Counted from the first letter of the stretch, positions 11,466-26,866 are shown. The stretch: 64,000 nucleotides of DNA from Hamiltosporidium tvaerminnensis FI-OER-3-3 (GCA_022605425.2 JAKIMF020000001.1:930001-994000), one strand, 5' to 3'. Translations and numbers: made by a program. Notes: generated by a model not told the origin, from the sequence alone.

Positions 11466-13436
11466 GTGGTATAGTATGTATCTTACAAAGCTCTATACGT
11501 TTGCAAATATAGTAGCATATATGCAGTCGATATTACTCAAAAATAGTCGAACTAATTACTTTCATTTCATAAAGAAGATATGGAGCAAAATAAAATATCG
11601 ATCGGAGCCAGGTAAATATATCATTTATTTTCTTAAGAGAAACCAAAAGATACATGAAACACAAATCTTTATTTAAAATAAATCAATATCGAAAAGATTG
11701 GTAACCCAGAAGCATAAAAATCTATAAACTACAAGTATAGATGTGCAAAAAGCAATGCACAAACTCATAAAAACAAATAAAAGATGTCTAAATCATAAAA
11801 TATAGATCGAATAAAACTCAAAACAAATTAAAAAAGGCAAGCAATAATTACTAGAATAACCTAATTGAAATAAATTCTATCTTTTACAAGAAAAGACGAA
11901 AGATTATTTCGACCTATTCATTTGAATTGCCTAATAATGTTATTGCAAAGGATTACACCAAAATGAAATTCCATAGTTTATTAAACCTTACGGAAATACA
12001 TTTGTTCCAAATATTAAGCAAAGAATATATATATATAAATTTTTTAAAAACTAATTATCAATTGTGGTTCGAATGGTTTAAATAAAAATCTAATTTTATT
12101 TTTAAATTAAATTAAATTAAAAAAAATTATCAGTTCTACCAATATATATATATTCCGAATTAAATTAAATATGAGAAGTATCATGATGAAAAGCTGAAAT
12201 AAATAATGTAAAATTTTGATACGCATCTAAACCTAACGAGACAAATTATTTTAATCTAGAATACATTGAAAACATGAACTTCTTATCAATGCCGCGATAA
12301 TTTGAGTAAAATATAGGTATAAATATAAACCAAAGGACGAAAATAAAGAAAAAAATGTAATCATAAATTTTTCAAAATAAACAGGCATTATATTCATTAC
12401 TCATAAAGTTATTGTAAATTATTTTCCTTTTCAAAGTATTATATCATTTATTCTAAAAGTTTCCTAAATATTAATTTTAATAACTGGATAAACCACAATT
12501 TTTTAAACATAAAATTATTTCATTAGTATATTTTTATGAGCATATTAAAAAGCAAACTTCATATCAATCTCAAAAGTTGATCAAATTATATTTCAAAATT
12601 ACAGCCTAATTTAAATAAATTCGAAATTCACAATAGAATATTGCTTCTCTATTTGATGTCAATTCAAAATTGTAAAATTTTAGAATCACCTCTTAATTTA
12701 TATTTTCTAACGATATTAAAAATATATCTTCTCATAAATAAATTAAATAGAATTAGAATAAAAATATTTTAATAATTGATGCTCAACTGCTAGTATTTTC
12801 TAATCTATATTAAGACATTTCTTGAGTTGAATTTGCAAATTTAAAAATGTAATTTATCGTCTTATTTTGTATTAATATATTTTTAATTTAAAAATAGATT
12901 AAGGAGTCTGAACCTACAACAATTATTTTGAAATCATCATTCAGATATGAATTTTTAATTAAAACAGATAAAATAGTTTTTTTTTGATAAAATATATTTT
13001 AATATTTTACAGAAAACCTATATTTTCCATGGAGTAACCATTTTAGAAGAACCAACACTAAATATAAATATAAATATAAATTCGGATTTATAAGATTAGA
13101 ACGAAGATCCAAAGTTAGGTACAAAAAATATACAAAGAACTGAAAGAAGTTTTAAATTCAAAATTTAATTAAATAATATTTTGATTCTGAACATTGTAAT
13201 ATAATTTTCCTACAAAAATATTCAATTAATTGTTTATGATTAATCAAGATTTCAATTTTATATTTATTTAAATCTATTTAAAATATAAAACTGATAATTT
13301 AATTAATATTAATTAAAAAAATATATTTTTAGATAATAATGTACTTATTTATCAGTATATTATATTTTCATCCAACTTTTATATCTCAATGCTATTCAGT
13401 TATATATAAAATATATTTTCTAGTCTAAAATTATTA

Positions 13437-14749
13437 ATGAAATTCAAGAACCAAATTATTATAGTTTTATTAATGGGAACACGCTATATTAGCATGGAAA
13501 TAATAGAAAACAATGGATTAAGGAGTTAGAAACAAACCTTTGTACATATTTATATTCTTATGTCGATAATATTCAAAGACAATTTATTGAGAATTCAAAA
13601 TATGACCTACATCTATTAAGTATTACCCAAGGAAATAAAACTGAAGATTTATATTTTAAAATTTTAAAGTCCATTCGAATGAAAGAATTTTTTTGTAAAT
13701 TTCTAATTGCGTCATATAGTATGAAACAATTATTAAACGAATTTTCTATATTTTCATTTTACGAAAGAAAAACATATTCGATAATGAGAATTCCAAACAA
13801 AATTAAGGAAACAACAAAATCATCAGGAAAATTTTGTATTTTTAGTAATAAATTTGCTCTTTCTCTTATTTCGAGATATATTAGACATCTTTGGGAAATA
13901 TATAATAAAATCAATTCTATTTTAACGGAATACGAAGTTATTTCTATAATTCAGCCGATAGAATACACTGAATACAATATATATACAATAACAGAAATAT
14001 TAAGGAGCAATAAAAACTTTTATAATTCAAATTTTGCACTCGTTTTAGAAAAGAAATACACAGACGATATGAGAGAAAGAATTATCAAATTTGAGAATTT
14101 AGTACCTACTAAGATTGAAAAATATGAGATATATTCATTACAGTATTTTCAGATAACGGATTTCTTTGCAAGAATAAAAAAAGAAATTTGCAAAATATCT
14201 TTTTTATGTTCTGATCTAAATTGGGAAACCTATATGAAACCAAAAAACATTTTTGATGATAGCAATTCATATCAATATTATTCAACAGATTTGGATTATA
14301 AGTATCAAGACACTATCTTAAAAATGAAAATCTATAAATTTAGTGTTGTGAAAGATTTTGCGGTAATAACTTCTATTCAAAATATCAAAGAGATAGGTTT
14401 ATGCCGTTTTTCAACAAATAACACTTCAAAAAAAAATGGTAAACATGTTCAATCTTTGTGTCTATATCTATTTCTTTACAAAATAGACATATCAAAATCG
14501 TATTATCCATCATTTCCATATATTAGTCTACAAATTGAATATGATTTGAAAATTGTAGTAAATATAAATGAGAAAATGTATCCAGATGACATAATATACA
14601 AAATAAAATGTTTGCGAAATTTCGCAACAGACAATTATAGTATTAAAAGTATTCAATCTAATGTTGAATCGGAGAATATTACTTCCGAAAAGAAAAAATT
14701 AATTGAAATTTTTCAAAATATTACAGCCGAACAAGAAAGATTTATTTAG
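13437..14749 (+). CDS. lineage-specific putative secreted protein, unknown function (single frameshift near 13500-13525; main ORF 13679-14749)
   Basis: Frame of the 356-aa ORF stays open upstream with homology to the 8616 paralogue; ATG at 13437 gives MKFKNQIIIVLLMG (signal-peptide-like) in another frame. Confidence 0.65.
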
Positions 14750-17700
14750 AGAATCGTTTCATAAATTGAAAAATTTATTTGGTACTTTTATATTTAATTA
14801 TTGCATTATTTGAAATATAAAGTTATTTTAATACTTTGTAATGTTTTTACACTTGATTTGTATTCGAATGTAATTTTTTGTAAAAAAAATCGTTGGAATC
14901 AAATTTATGGCATTTTTTAATTCATAAAAAATTTGATGCTGTACTTTGAATTGTAATATTTATGTGTACTTGAATCTCATGACTAAGAAAAACCAGGTGT
15001 TCATAAAAATATAATGATCATTCAAAATTAAAGTGATTAAATGGAGTAAAACAATAAAACAATATCACAATTGTTGAGTCTGAGGAAACAAATTCATCCG
15101 TGCTTGATAAACAATACAAAAGAAATAAAAGTTTTAATATATACTGAAATTAAAGTAGTTTATACTCCATGTAAAGAGCTAAACAATAATTCTATATTTT
15201 AAGGCGAAAAAAATCTTAACTTAATTTAGAAAGATCAATTTCGAATTAAAATTTATTTCATGGAAATATAAAAGTAGAAGAATAATAGCTGATTTGAAAA
15301 TAATATTCAATCAAATAAAATATAATTGTAAATTATTCTAAGAAACATTTTTTCAATTTCGAAATACCTCAAATTGTTTTCTTTTATCAAGAACAATTCT
15401 TTATAAATCTTGAAGAAGAATTTTATACAAATTAAGAAAAGGTGTACATTATTCGTTTTGATTTGCTAAATATATACGAATTTGACAGAATAAAAGATAT
15501 TTCGAGCTTGAAAAGATCTATATACCGCCTTTTAATTTATCCGGTGGAAAAATTTGTCGCTTCTCTGACCAATATTGGTTATTAAGTTCAAAAGTATATT
15601 ATTTATGTAAAAACAGAAGTCAAAAATAAAATCTAAAGAAAACCACTATAAATTCGTTTCTTCTAAGTGTTTTAAAAAAAGTCTTAAATCCCATTTTCGT
15701 GGTAGCATAGATATAAGATATAAATCTGGGAATTTTAGAAATTATTTATATAAAATGCTCAAATATTTTGTCAGGTTGTTAAGTATTTAAAAAGTACAGA
15801 TACACACATATTTCAAAAATTTAAGAAATAATACATTCAAAATTCCATATAATATTATTATGAAAGTATATACATACAATAAAGTTATTGCTTCTAGAAT
15901 AAAATTCCAAGCAAACAATGTTTTGCGAAATTTTAAGACAATTTAGAAAATATTTTGTATGAAATCTTTTCGTACAAAATATTTGAGATTATTCATTTTC
16001 GAACCACATTTTTAATGTAAGAATTCTCTTTTAGAAAGGTGAAACGTATTCTTTTATTCCCCTTTCTATATCTGCTTGATATTTTTGGGTAAAACCATAA
16101 TACAATTTTTGAGAATAGAAGCATTATTTTGAAAATTAAACCACGGAACAAATCAGAAATCAGTATGAACTTTATAAATTTATTTACTAAACCTCAAAAT
16201 TGTGTTTCATGTTATTTTGCTGTTTAAATTTTAAATTTTTGTGCTTTGTATTTCTACTTCTACCAAAGAAAAATACTAGAATTTGCTATGATATGTTTTT
16301 TTTTGTGAAATTTGCAGATTTAAATAAATATTTTCATGAAACTTTATAACTTTTTTTTTAAATAAGTATTGTTTAACAGCGTGCTATTTTATTGGGATTT
16401 GACATAATATATACCAAAGCTGATATTTATCTCAAATTATAATATTTCGTGCTCATTTTCCAGCTCATTTAGTTCTAACTTCAGTGAATGATATCAATTT
16501 ATTTAAGAAAATTTAAATTACTCGAACTGTATAAATATTTTTTTGTTTCATTGGATCAAATAAAAAGTAAAAATATCAATTAATACTGATTACCATAGAT
16601 TTAGAGATATTATCATAAATCCAACTAGTTTCGGCCTAAAATTCTTATGAAAATATTTTTTTAGTTAAATTACTAGATAGATTACTCAATCTTATTTATT
16701 TAGAAATAATTTCTAGTAAAACGAAATTCTAATTAGACTATCTATAGATTCAAATTATAAAACAGACCGATTATAAAATATATAGATAAATTAAAATACA
16801 ATAATAAGTTGTGATATATATTTTATTATATATGAATTCGTTATATGAAAAGTTTAAAAAATACATTAAAAGATATTAGAAAGCAATCAAATTTGCGAAT
16901 TCAAAAATTTTCCATCACAATATTTGAGCTTTTAGATCATCTTCTTTTCAACTTCTAAATTTCTAAATAGATTTTTATAATTAGAATTTTTCTTAATTCG
17001 AAATGTGAAAATTAAGCGATAAAGACTTTTATTATGGGGATATTGCTATTTGTTTAAAAATTCTATTGACTTTATATAATATAAATAATAGAAGAAGATA
17101 CCAAATGAATATCTGCATTATTTACTTGAAAATATCGACTAGAAACGTTTAATACATATACTAGCTTTAAAATCGAAATATAAAATGAATTAAATTTTCA
17201 TTTTAATTGATGTTAGACTATGGCTTTCATAGGTTTATTACTGTTTTAACCGGTCGATATTTCATAATTTAATATATACGAAAGAATTATTGTTGTTAAA
17301 AATATTACATAGCACATATAAGTATGTAATAACTTTCTTAAAAACAAAATTTGATCTATAAAGTGACTGAAATGATTTTTTTCAAAAGATAAGCCTCTTT
17401 ATATTTCGATTAAAGAAACAAAAAGTATTCGAATTTAAATATTTGGATAAAAATATTCGCCTTCCATTGAAAATTATTTTTTTTAAAAAAGTTATTCGCG
17501 ATATAATAATCATCAAAGAACATGTTTTGGTTGGAAAGTAATTCCTGAAAAAAAACTTTTAACTATTATATAATTACTTTAATGTCTCAAAACTTATATC
17601 ATCATCCCTTTACACAATTTCATTAAGCGTCAAGCAAACAATTTAAATTGCTATCAATTTTTTTTCGATATTTACAAGTAGTAACTGAGTATAAGAAACA

Positions 17701-18583
17701 ATGAGCAAGCTTTTTTTATTTATAATATTTATGATTATTAAAAGAAGTAATAATTGTTTTTTAAACAAAAATGAAATTTAATGTCCTAAATATTATGATG
17801 AGATTTATTAGAACCTACTATTTATTCTCAAATACTTTGAAGTTGGGTCTGAAAGAGAAATTGAACACATTTGATTCAAAAAAATCATAAATTTTGAATT
17901 ATTAAATTTGAATGTATGAGTAAATCGCAGAATTTATATCATATATCTGATATATCAATTTTAAATTAAACTTATCAAATGTTTAAATGTGAACTACGGT
18001 TAGATTAATGTCACTGACATAGCAAGAAGGAAACTTTATAAATTACTTTCAACTTGACTTATTTCTTTGTAAATTTGGTTGTTTAAAATATTATTTTTCT
18101 TTCGTACTTAGTTCTAATCTATTAGAAAAAAATCTAAAAAACTTTTTTTTCAAACCAGGCGACAAAATGTATTTTATAATTAAAAATGTTTTTACGAACA
18201 TTAAAGTCTTTAAGACTATATAAATTATATCCAAGCTCAATTTAGAAGAAAGATTGAGAATATATCTAAAAATCTGTAATATATAAAGCAGGAAAATGAA
18301 TTTATAGACTTTTAAAATTTTATCAGGTATATTTTTAAGAATCAGAATATTATAGAGATGGTATAAAGATATAAAAAACATATAGACCTAATTTATGGCT
18401 TTAAAATAAAATCAAGTAAAAGAAATCGATATTAAATTACCGTAGAATACAAAAATTACACAATATTTATAATTATCTCATTAGAATAATGTTAAAATAC
18501 AACATTTTTCAAAAAAATAAATTTAGACCTTTAAAAAATTTACTTCATAAATATTTTTTTCAAATATTTACTTTAACTAAAAA

Positions 18584-18595
18584 ACCCTTTTAATG
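18584..18595 (+). promoter_or_regulatory. microsporidian CCC start-proximal motif (representative example)
   Basis: ACCCTTTTAATG; similar CCC or GGG within ~30 nt of ATG at RPL23, M16 peptidase, RPC25 (GGGG), CET1, 53396, RAD7 and RPS21. Confidence 0.7.
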
Positions 18596-20297
18596 GATCC
18601 GGAAAAGGCTGTTAAAAATATAATTTCAGATGCCGAAAATGAATATAAAGACGAAATCTGTAAAATACTAAATGATAATCAAAAATATCTAAATTTATTC
18701 AGAAAAAATATTCCCTCTTCTTCGATACAGCCACAATCATATAGAACGAACGTAATACCATTTATTCAGCCCCATCCTAGATATACATTTTATATGGATG
18801 CACCAAAAAATATACCAAGTCAGGATGATCCAATTCTCAGATATATTCCGTATATAAATACCACCTCACATGAAAATTCTGTTAATATAATTAATTACGA
18901 TGAAACTTCATTGAAAGAAAATCCGTTAAACTATAAAGAAGAGCTACGGGAAAGAGCTTTGATAAAGACATTTAGTCATTACAGCGATCTTGATCTTTTT
19001 AATTTAAAGAACCTCTATGATCAGAAAGATCCTACTGTAGATGTACATCTAAAAAATAGATTTCCATTAATTTTAGCCGTCATAAAAACTATGGATCTTT
19101 CACTCGAATGTATTTTAAATCATTGGGAAAAATATTTTGATACTCGGCCAAAGACTCTTTATAATGATAATAATGCATTCAGAGAACACTTTTGTCATGT
19201 TTGTATGATTTTTGACTGTGGATTACACGAAAAAATTGCCAATATTGTCGTAAAAGGAAATACTCATATTAATCAGAAAATAATTTGTAATTGCAGTAAA
19301 AAAAGTATCAAATCAGAATACCAGAATCCAAAAAAAAATCAAATTACAGATAAATCTTGTTTGAGTCAGAAGAATAAAAAAATTAAAAGCAACAAGCTCA
19401 GTCGATCATACAGCGATTGCCAGAGTTCTAAATAATGCTTCTAAAATTATTCCACTCACATCTTGTCTTTCATCATTGTTTATAAAATTTGCGTTTCAAT
19501 GGGACGTCGAATGCAATATTCTACAGAATATAAATTATGTTGCGTTGAGTGCAGAAAAATTTAATGTCCCAATCAAAAAGAAACCAAAATTTTGTACAAA
19601 TAAAATTGTAAAATTTGCACATGACGAATTCTTCAGTCCCTGTGTTCATAAAGGTTCATGTTATAAGAATGAAGAATGTAAATGTTACAAATTAAATATG
19701 TTTTGTGAAGAAAGCTGTTTGTGTTTGGAATGCGATAATATTTTTGAAGGTTGTAAATGCAAAAAATGTAATAACAAATGCCAATGCTATATTTATTATA
19801 GAGATTGCACACCTAAATGTGGAAATAGATACAGAAAGCCAGAAACTTTTAAACACACGTGTTTTAATACGGATTTATCATTTTACAATTCCAAAAAATG
19901 TTTTATCGGTCGTAGTTTTGTAGAAGGCTTTGGATTATTTGCAGGCTGCTTTATTAAATGTGATTCATTTGTTGGTGAATATATTGGTGAGGTTATAACG
20001 AGCGAGGAAGCAGAAAGAAGAGGGGAATTCTATGAAATTAGAAAATCTTCTTATTTATTTGATCTTTGTCATAAAAACGGAGATGTTTATCATACAATAG
20101 ATGCTTCTAAAATCGGAAATCCATGTAGATTTATAAATCATTCAAAAAATCCCAATCTAAGAGCCAAAATGTTCCAAGTTATGGGAGTAAAACGAATAGG
20201 CTTTTTTGCTGTGAGAGATATTAGAGAAGGAGATGAATTATTTTTTGATTATAATTATAACCAAGAACAAAAGAAAAATTACGATTTAATAGACTAA
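18593..20297 (+). CDS. E(z): Enhancer of zeste / EZH-like H3K27 methyltransferase (PRC2 catalytic subunit); split by +1 frameshift in the A-run at ~19376-19382
   Basis: DDPILRYIPY (SAL/SRM-like), FCHVCMIFDCGLH (MCSS), Cys-rich CXC, SET motifs GEYIGEVIT.EEAERRG, SSYLFDL, RFINHS, ELFFDY; CCC before ATG. Confidence 0.88.
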
Positions 20298-21775
20298 TAT
20301 AAGATTTATTTGAATATAAATTTGGTTTTTTTTAATTTTTCTATTGAGATAATTGATTCAGTAAAAACATAGTTTAAATTTTTCTATAATTTTTATTCTA
20401 GGAATAAATACTTCGATTATTATTTTTCTTTAATATTTTTTTTGACTATTTCTTCTTGTTTTACTTAAGTTTTTGTAACTCAAATATATTTTGATAATCT
20501 TACATTTCTCATTGATTCTGAAAATCTAGTATAGAATTGCAAAGACTTTCATGGCAGATTCTGCATCGTATATTTTGCTTAAGGATAAACTAATGTAAAA
20601 TACAGCAGAAATATTCTCCATGCTTATCAAAATGAAGGTATGTGGGTGTTGATGCATTTTTGGCTAGAAAAGTCTTTTTTTATATTCGGACGTAGATTAC
20701 AACCTCAAATAAATAAAAAAACTTACTTGTTTGTTCATTGCTGTTATATTTTACCTCTCTGTATTGCAGATGAACAGATAAAACTCACCGTAATCTTGCC
20801 GCTATTCATTCTCTTAGCATTTCATTTAGGTTATTTTTCTTTTCTGAGAAGTTCTGTCCTAAGAAGTAGAATTATTTCTAAATTCACAGCTACTTATATT
20901 TTTTCTTCAAACTCTTACTTTTATATTCCATAACTTATAATGCTGTTCATACATCAGGACATTGAACTTTGAACTTTGACACAATCCATTATTTCTCCAT
21001 TTGTTATTTCAATCTGATGTAAATCGAGATTAAAAGTGATTGGCTCGTAGATCTAGTGTGGTTTATATCACAGAGAAACTATACAATGATTTTTACACTA
21101 TTTCATGCATCATCGTTAGCAGATGTTTTTAATGTGGTGTTTTCTCACTTTAGGTAATATATAAAGAAAAATATATTCGTTATTCAGAATCCGGATTATT
21201 AAGATTTTGTTTTTGTGATATTTCCTTCATATTTAACATTTTTTCTCTTCCCCATATTCGAATCTTCATCTGCGTTAATTTTGTTCATTAACTGTGGTTA
21301 AACTGTTTAAAACAAGAGGTACAGAATTTTTTTACTCAGTTACCACTATTTTCCTCGTTACTCACTTGTTTTGAGATGTATCTTGTTCCTCATACTTTCA
21401 GCATCTTAAATAAACTATATGAGCATCTTTTCCTAACATCATCGACTTTAAGACAGAAACTCGTGTCTTCTTTATCGATCAAAAGAAATGTTTTATACTC
21501 TCTTTTAGCAATAATATCGACTGAAAGTATGTTCTAGATTTATTTCTTAAAATAAAATCTATGATTTACATCAAATAAGAAACAAATAAATGTATAGAGG
21601 ATTATACCTTCAAAAAAAATTTCAACCCCGAAAGGAATAAATTCGATAACCTTATCTTTATATTTTACACACTTAATGAACTTCAGTCTTCAATGATTTT
21701 AATTTATTTATACTCTGGCTATTCCCCGTCTGCTCGAAGACTTCACATCTTTATTTTACTCTTATATTATTGCTG

Positions 21776-22273
21776 TTAACAGTAATAGTAGACAATAATG
21801 TCAAAATAACCAGCCTGCATTGGAATGTTAATTAAGAAAAACTGTTCTAAAAGCGGATTTGTGAACAATTTAATATGATTTGAGCCACCACACACACAAT
21901 CATTTTTATTCGAATACATGAATAAAAATACACTTTTTGGCGTTCGTTTTGAAATCTGACTATGAATACGAAAGTATGAAGTCATGATCTCTACTCTATC
22001 AAATGGATCTTTTGAATGCCAGACTATGTTTAATGATAAATATATTAGTATCTTATTGTCTATTTGATGCTTTTTTAACTTCATTTGTGCGCTTAATTTG
22101 CAACCAATTTTACTATAATATGTTAAATTTATCACTACAACCATCCCTCTCATTTTCTGATGAAGCATAAAATCTTTTACACTAATATTTACTTTCTTTG
22201 TACTTTGGTTTTCCTCAGCGGTGGAAAAACCATTATAATTCCATTTTTTGTTGCAAATTTGTATGTTGCCCAT
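21776..22273 (-). CDS. hypothetical ORF, possibly part of a decayed gene
   Basis: 165-aa ORF in AT-rich DNA; no recognisable motif. Confidence 0.2.
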   Translation of the reverse strand: MGNIQICNKKWNYNGFSTAEENQSTKKVNISVKDFMLHQKMRGMVVVINLTYYSKIGCKLSAQMKLKKHQIDNKILIYLSLNIVWHSKDPFDRVEIMTSYFRIHSQISKRTPKSVFLFMYSNKNDCVCGGSNHIKLFTNPLLEQFFLINIPMQAGYFDIIVYYYC

Positions 22274-25200
22274 ACTATTGCCTTATTTTTTTGATTTAAA
22301 TAATTTGACTATGTATAAATCCCGACAAATAAAGATGGAGACGTGGTGAATGTAGAACATTTAAAAGCGATGGGGTATCAGGTCTCTGTTATCGTGTTAA
22401 GTAATATGATTATGTGTAAATTTAGTAAAAAAACTATGTAAAAATTAATTACAAATATAAACATTTACTAAATACGGAAATATATTAGAAGTGTACGAAT
22501 AGAAAAAACAAAAAGGTTTAAAATGCGTCATTAATTTCTTAAATAAATGGTTAAGGAGATGAAAATTCTAGACAGGAGCAGCAACTCGAGCTATTTTGTG
22601 GTAGCTTATTTCTTAGCAAAGCCTAAGTAAACCTTTTACAGTCAGTTAATTCACTTATATATTGTATTATGGCTGCAGCCATGCAAAAACTTTGGGAATT
22701 CAATAGTTTAAAAACATTTATTTGGCTGCCAGCTCGGTAGCATAAAAAGTAGATGACAGCATTAGAGAATATTATTGCATAATTTTTTTTGAGAAAACAG
22801 ACATTTGAATATTTAGTTTAGTTCGAGATGACTTGATAGATGTTTTGGATATAACTCAAGCTCTTCTTTTTAATTGAGAGAATGAATTTAAATTATACTG
22901 TATATGGGATGCTTTTGAGCATTCGTATTATCAGAGACAACCACTAGTCAAATTTGCTAAGGAAGTCGAAAATTCTGTTAAAAAAAAGGTTCAATATTAA
23001 GCCTGAAGTATATTAAAAGCAATGGCTGAAAAAAGTTTAAACATTTAGGCTAACATATTAAAGGCCGTAGAGCAGGGATGATAATTCAAATTATTTTTTT
23101 TGCAGAATATTATTTATCAAGAGTCATTATGCCATAAATGCTTGGATTTTCAAAAGTTTCAAACCTTATATATCAATTAATAAACAAACAAATTCTAGTC
23201 AATTTATCATAATCGATTCCCTAAGTTCATTAAACCAATTTTTAAAATTATTTACCGTGTTATACTATACTGCGTTTTGTTGGCTCTAAATTAGGAATCT
23301 TTTGGCAATATTCTGGAACTCACAACAACCATTGAAATACTCTTTAATGAAAAGAGTTATTCTTTTGGTGATCACAAAGCAATTTTTGCAATGGGAAAAG
23401 TCATTTTATACGTATTTAATTAGCGTACAAATTATTGCAATATGATTGACAGAAAAATGCGAATCTGCGTGAATATATAAACTTTTATTAATTCATTTCA
23501 TCAAAAAGTTGTCTTTCTGTTCCTGAATGAACAAAAAATGATACAATCATTGTAACGCGAACCAAACAATCAAGGTTTAAACGGAGTAAATATTTACAAC
23601 AGAGCAGGCGATATAAAGATTCGACCCCTTAAAAAACCTTTGTATTATCGCTTTCAGATTTCGATTTAGTAGCAAAGAATATTAAAAAATAGAGATTTTA
23701 ATTCTTATGTCGAAACCCTCGTCCCCGAGCTGCGTGTGAAACTAATAGATATCAGATGCGGTAAAATTTATAAAAAGATGTACACTTCAGAATGACTGGA
23801 ATTTCAGTATGTTCTTTGCCACACAATTCAAATATGATTATAAAATTTCTCGTTGCTCGATTCGCGTTATCGCTACTCTTATCTCTGTAAAGAAACATTC
23901 CAAAAATGCAATTCCCAAAAATTATTTACCGAACCAAAATAGGCAAGCATTTGAAGTGATTATAAAAATCACTTATAATTAACTTAAATTCATAATTTTG
24001 CAAATAATCGGTGAAATACATGTACATCAATCATATTAATAAATTACACTACATATTTTTTGTAATCTTGGTTTCATTTTTAGTATAAAATAATAGGTAA
24101 TATGATTATGGTTTAGATATACGTAAAAACTAAATAGTTTTTCCTTTTTTTAGAATTTCTTTTAAAAATTATTAAACACTATTTTTTTGTCACAATTTAT
24201 ATAAATTTTTTGATTCATTGGCTAATTAAAAAAACAAATCTCTAAAAAAATGAATCTAAACAGTCCACAGTCAGAGAAATAAGTTGAACCGCTCCGTGTG
24301 TAATGATTTTTCGATTCTTGGGTGAAATTATCGCTTAATATGTTTATTGCGGGTATTTCTGCGCAATTAAATGCAATGGGCATCAGAGGATCTTTCGTAC
24401 TTTGATCTGAAATAAATTAACAGAGATTATTTCAAAAGCTATCATTATACCGCTTCTTTTGTTGCAATTATGTTTCAGGGAAGTAAATTGTTAATTCTGG
24501 CTATCTACTGAAACCAATGAGTCTTGATTAAATTATTAAATTGCCTAATACTCTGAAATTACGTAGCAAATATCTTTGGAATATTAGAATTTTCATTTTT
24601 TTGTCGTCCAAGTAATGTTTTGGATAATATTTGCATAGTATGGTGTATAAATAAAACTTTCTGTGTGCTTCTGTATTGCGTAGTATTATTCTGGTAAGAT
24701 TGCTAATTATTTCGGGCAAGAATATTTCAAGAAATGAATATTCAATAATCGGCCGCTATCAGATGTCTTTACTGTCGAACACCGATGGGATGAAACATAG
24801 ATCGTAAAGAATCATCATCTGAATTGAAGTCTTTTTTTGAGAAAACGAAGATTTAGAGATGATTCTTTGTGTGTAATTATAATTAAATCTATCAATAGTA
24901 ATATTTTTGATTACTATTGTAGTATTTTACTACATAATTATGAGTTATGGAATTCCTCATAGAATATAAAATTATATTTCATTAAACTCCAATTGTGGAA
25001 GAAAAGAAATAGAAGACCTAGTTAATAAAATAAATAAACCTTTTTTTAAAAAAACAACACTTGGTTATACTGGTTAACAAACCTTTTAATATGGTAATAG
25101 CGCTTCGCTATCAAAGATACTTAACTGGGGCCTCGACAGAGGTTACAGCAAGTATATTTCAAAATCTACCCAATCCATGGATCTGGTTTTTCAATCTGTT

Positions 25201-26866
25201 TCTCGGAATTCTTTTTTTCTGTCTTTATAACTTACAGTTTTTGATACTGCTGTTATTTACATACATTTATCATGAACCGACAATTTAAAACGAGAAGAAA
25301 AATAAAAAGTAAAAATAATGAATAAATTTATAAATTGCGTATTGATTATGATACAGAAACTGGAGATTACAATGATTTTTTTAACTTTGTAAGGTTGTTT
25401 GGTTACTTATTCAATTACTCATTTACCTCTCGGTTTCGAGGATACCTACTGGAAATTTTCCAATTGCTTCTTTCAATCCGTTGTAACTCATGATTAGATG
25501 GGAATGGTCTAAAGATCCAATGTGGTTTATATTCCACCAAAATCTCAACAATAATTTTCACAACAATTAAATAAACTCATTAATTACTAGGTAGTTTTTA
25601 ATGAGGTTATACTCTCTCCACTCTTTGTAGGGTTTGATGAATCAAAAACACAAACTTCAAAAAAAACAAAAGAAAGACTAAAACAAGTTTTCTGATTACT
25701 CTTGTATTAAAACGTCGTAATATTTTTATAAATCCTAATTATTAAGATGGTATATTCAGTTAAATAACTTATGAGTGTGAGAGATCTGATAAGTCATAGG
25801 AGCATGGTAATAATGAAGCATATGAACAAGAGAGGGAATTTTACACTTTGAACATGTATTGGCTTTGAAATTAATTTAGTTTTATTCCTAGAGTATTTAA
25901 AACATATGCCATCACTTATAAATATTTACAGAGTTACAGCAATATTAAGTACGGGTCGGTGTTTCAAATCAAAATTGAATTTTCAATGCGTAAAATTTTA
26001 TTGTAGTACTAAAAACAAGAAATCTTTATTCTAATCTTTATTTATATTAACTACTCATGAAATTCAAATTAAATAATTTAGCAATAGGTTCTATATTTTT
26101 GAATTGTTACAAAAATCTTCAGTGTATTATTTAAAAAAAATCGATATTGGGTATATAAAATTCTCCTCAAGAAGCTTAATAATATTATTTGTCAGAATGA
26201 GAAATCATCAGACTCGAAAAATAGAAAATTATATAATATCGCTTATTCTATAATGAAATAATTGTATTTTAGTCCCGTGTATTTAAAGATATTTCATGCT
26301 TTAAATAAACGCTTAAAATATCAGTTAATAGGATGTAAAAAACAATAGGCAACAAAATACTCATCCAATGAATAATCTCGGCAGATCTGGGCTATTATCA
26401 TGATTTTAGATCCTATAACTAAAAACGAAATCGATGTATAAAATAAAAGGCTAGAAATGTTAATATTTATTTAAGTTTGGTATTAATTAAAAAGTATTTC
26501 AGAAAGTCATTTATTTAATAAATCTGAACTTGAATAAATATTTTAAAAACAAAACAGGCTAAAAGCACAATATAAATTTTTATAAAAGATTATAAAAAAT
26601 AGCTTAAATACCTATTTATATGTATAAATCCCGGTTCTTTTATATTTTTGAATTCAAAATAGTACGCTTAAATTTGTTTAAATAAAAACCTTAAAGACCG
26701 GGATTTTGAGATGACCTTGGATCTATTAAAAGTGCTTTCATACATCTTATATAATTTAAAACTTGCTTGGATAAAATTTTATATCAAAAATAGTTTTTTA
26801 TTCAAATTAATCAAAAAATATAGAAACCTAGTGAAACACATAAAATTAATCATCGATACTCTAAAT

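Noticed and set aside
14750-18590. 3.8-kb AT-rich gene-free tract (centromere or origin?)
   Set aside because: No repeat structure or motif distinguishing it from other intergenic DNA
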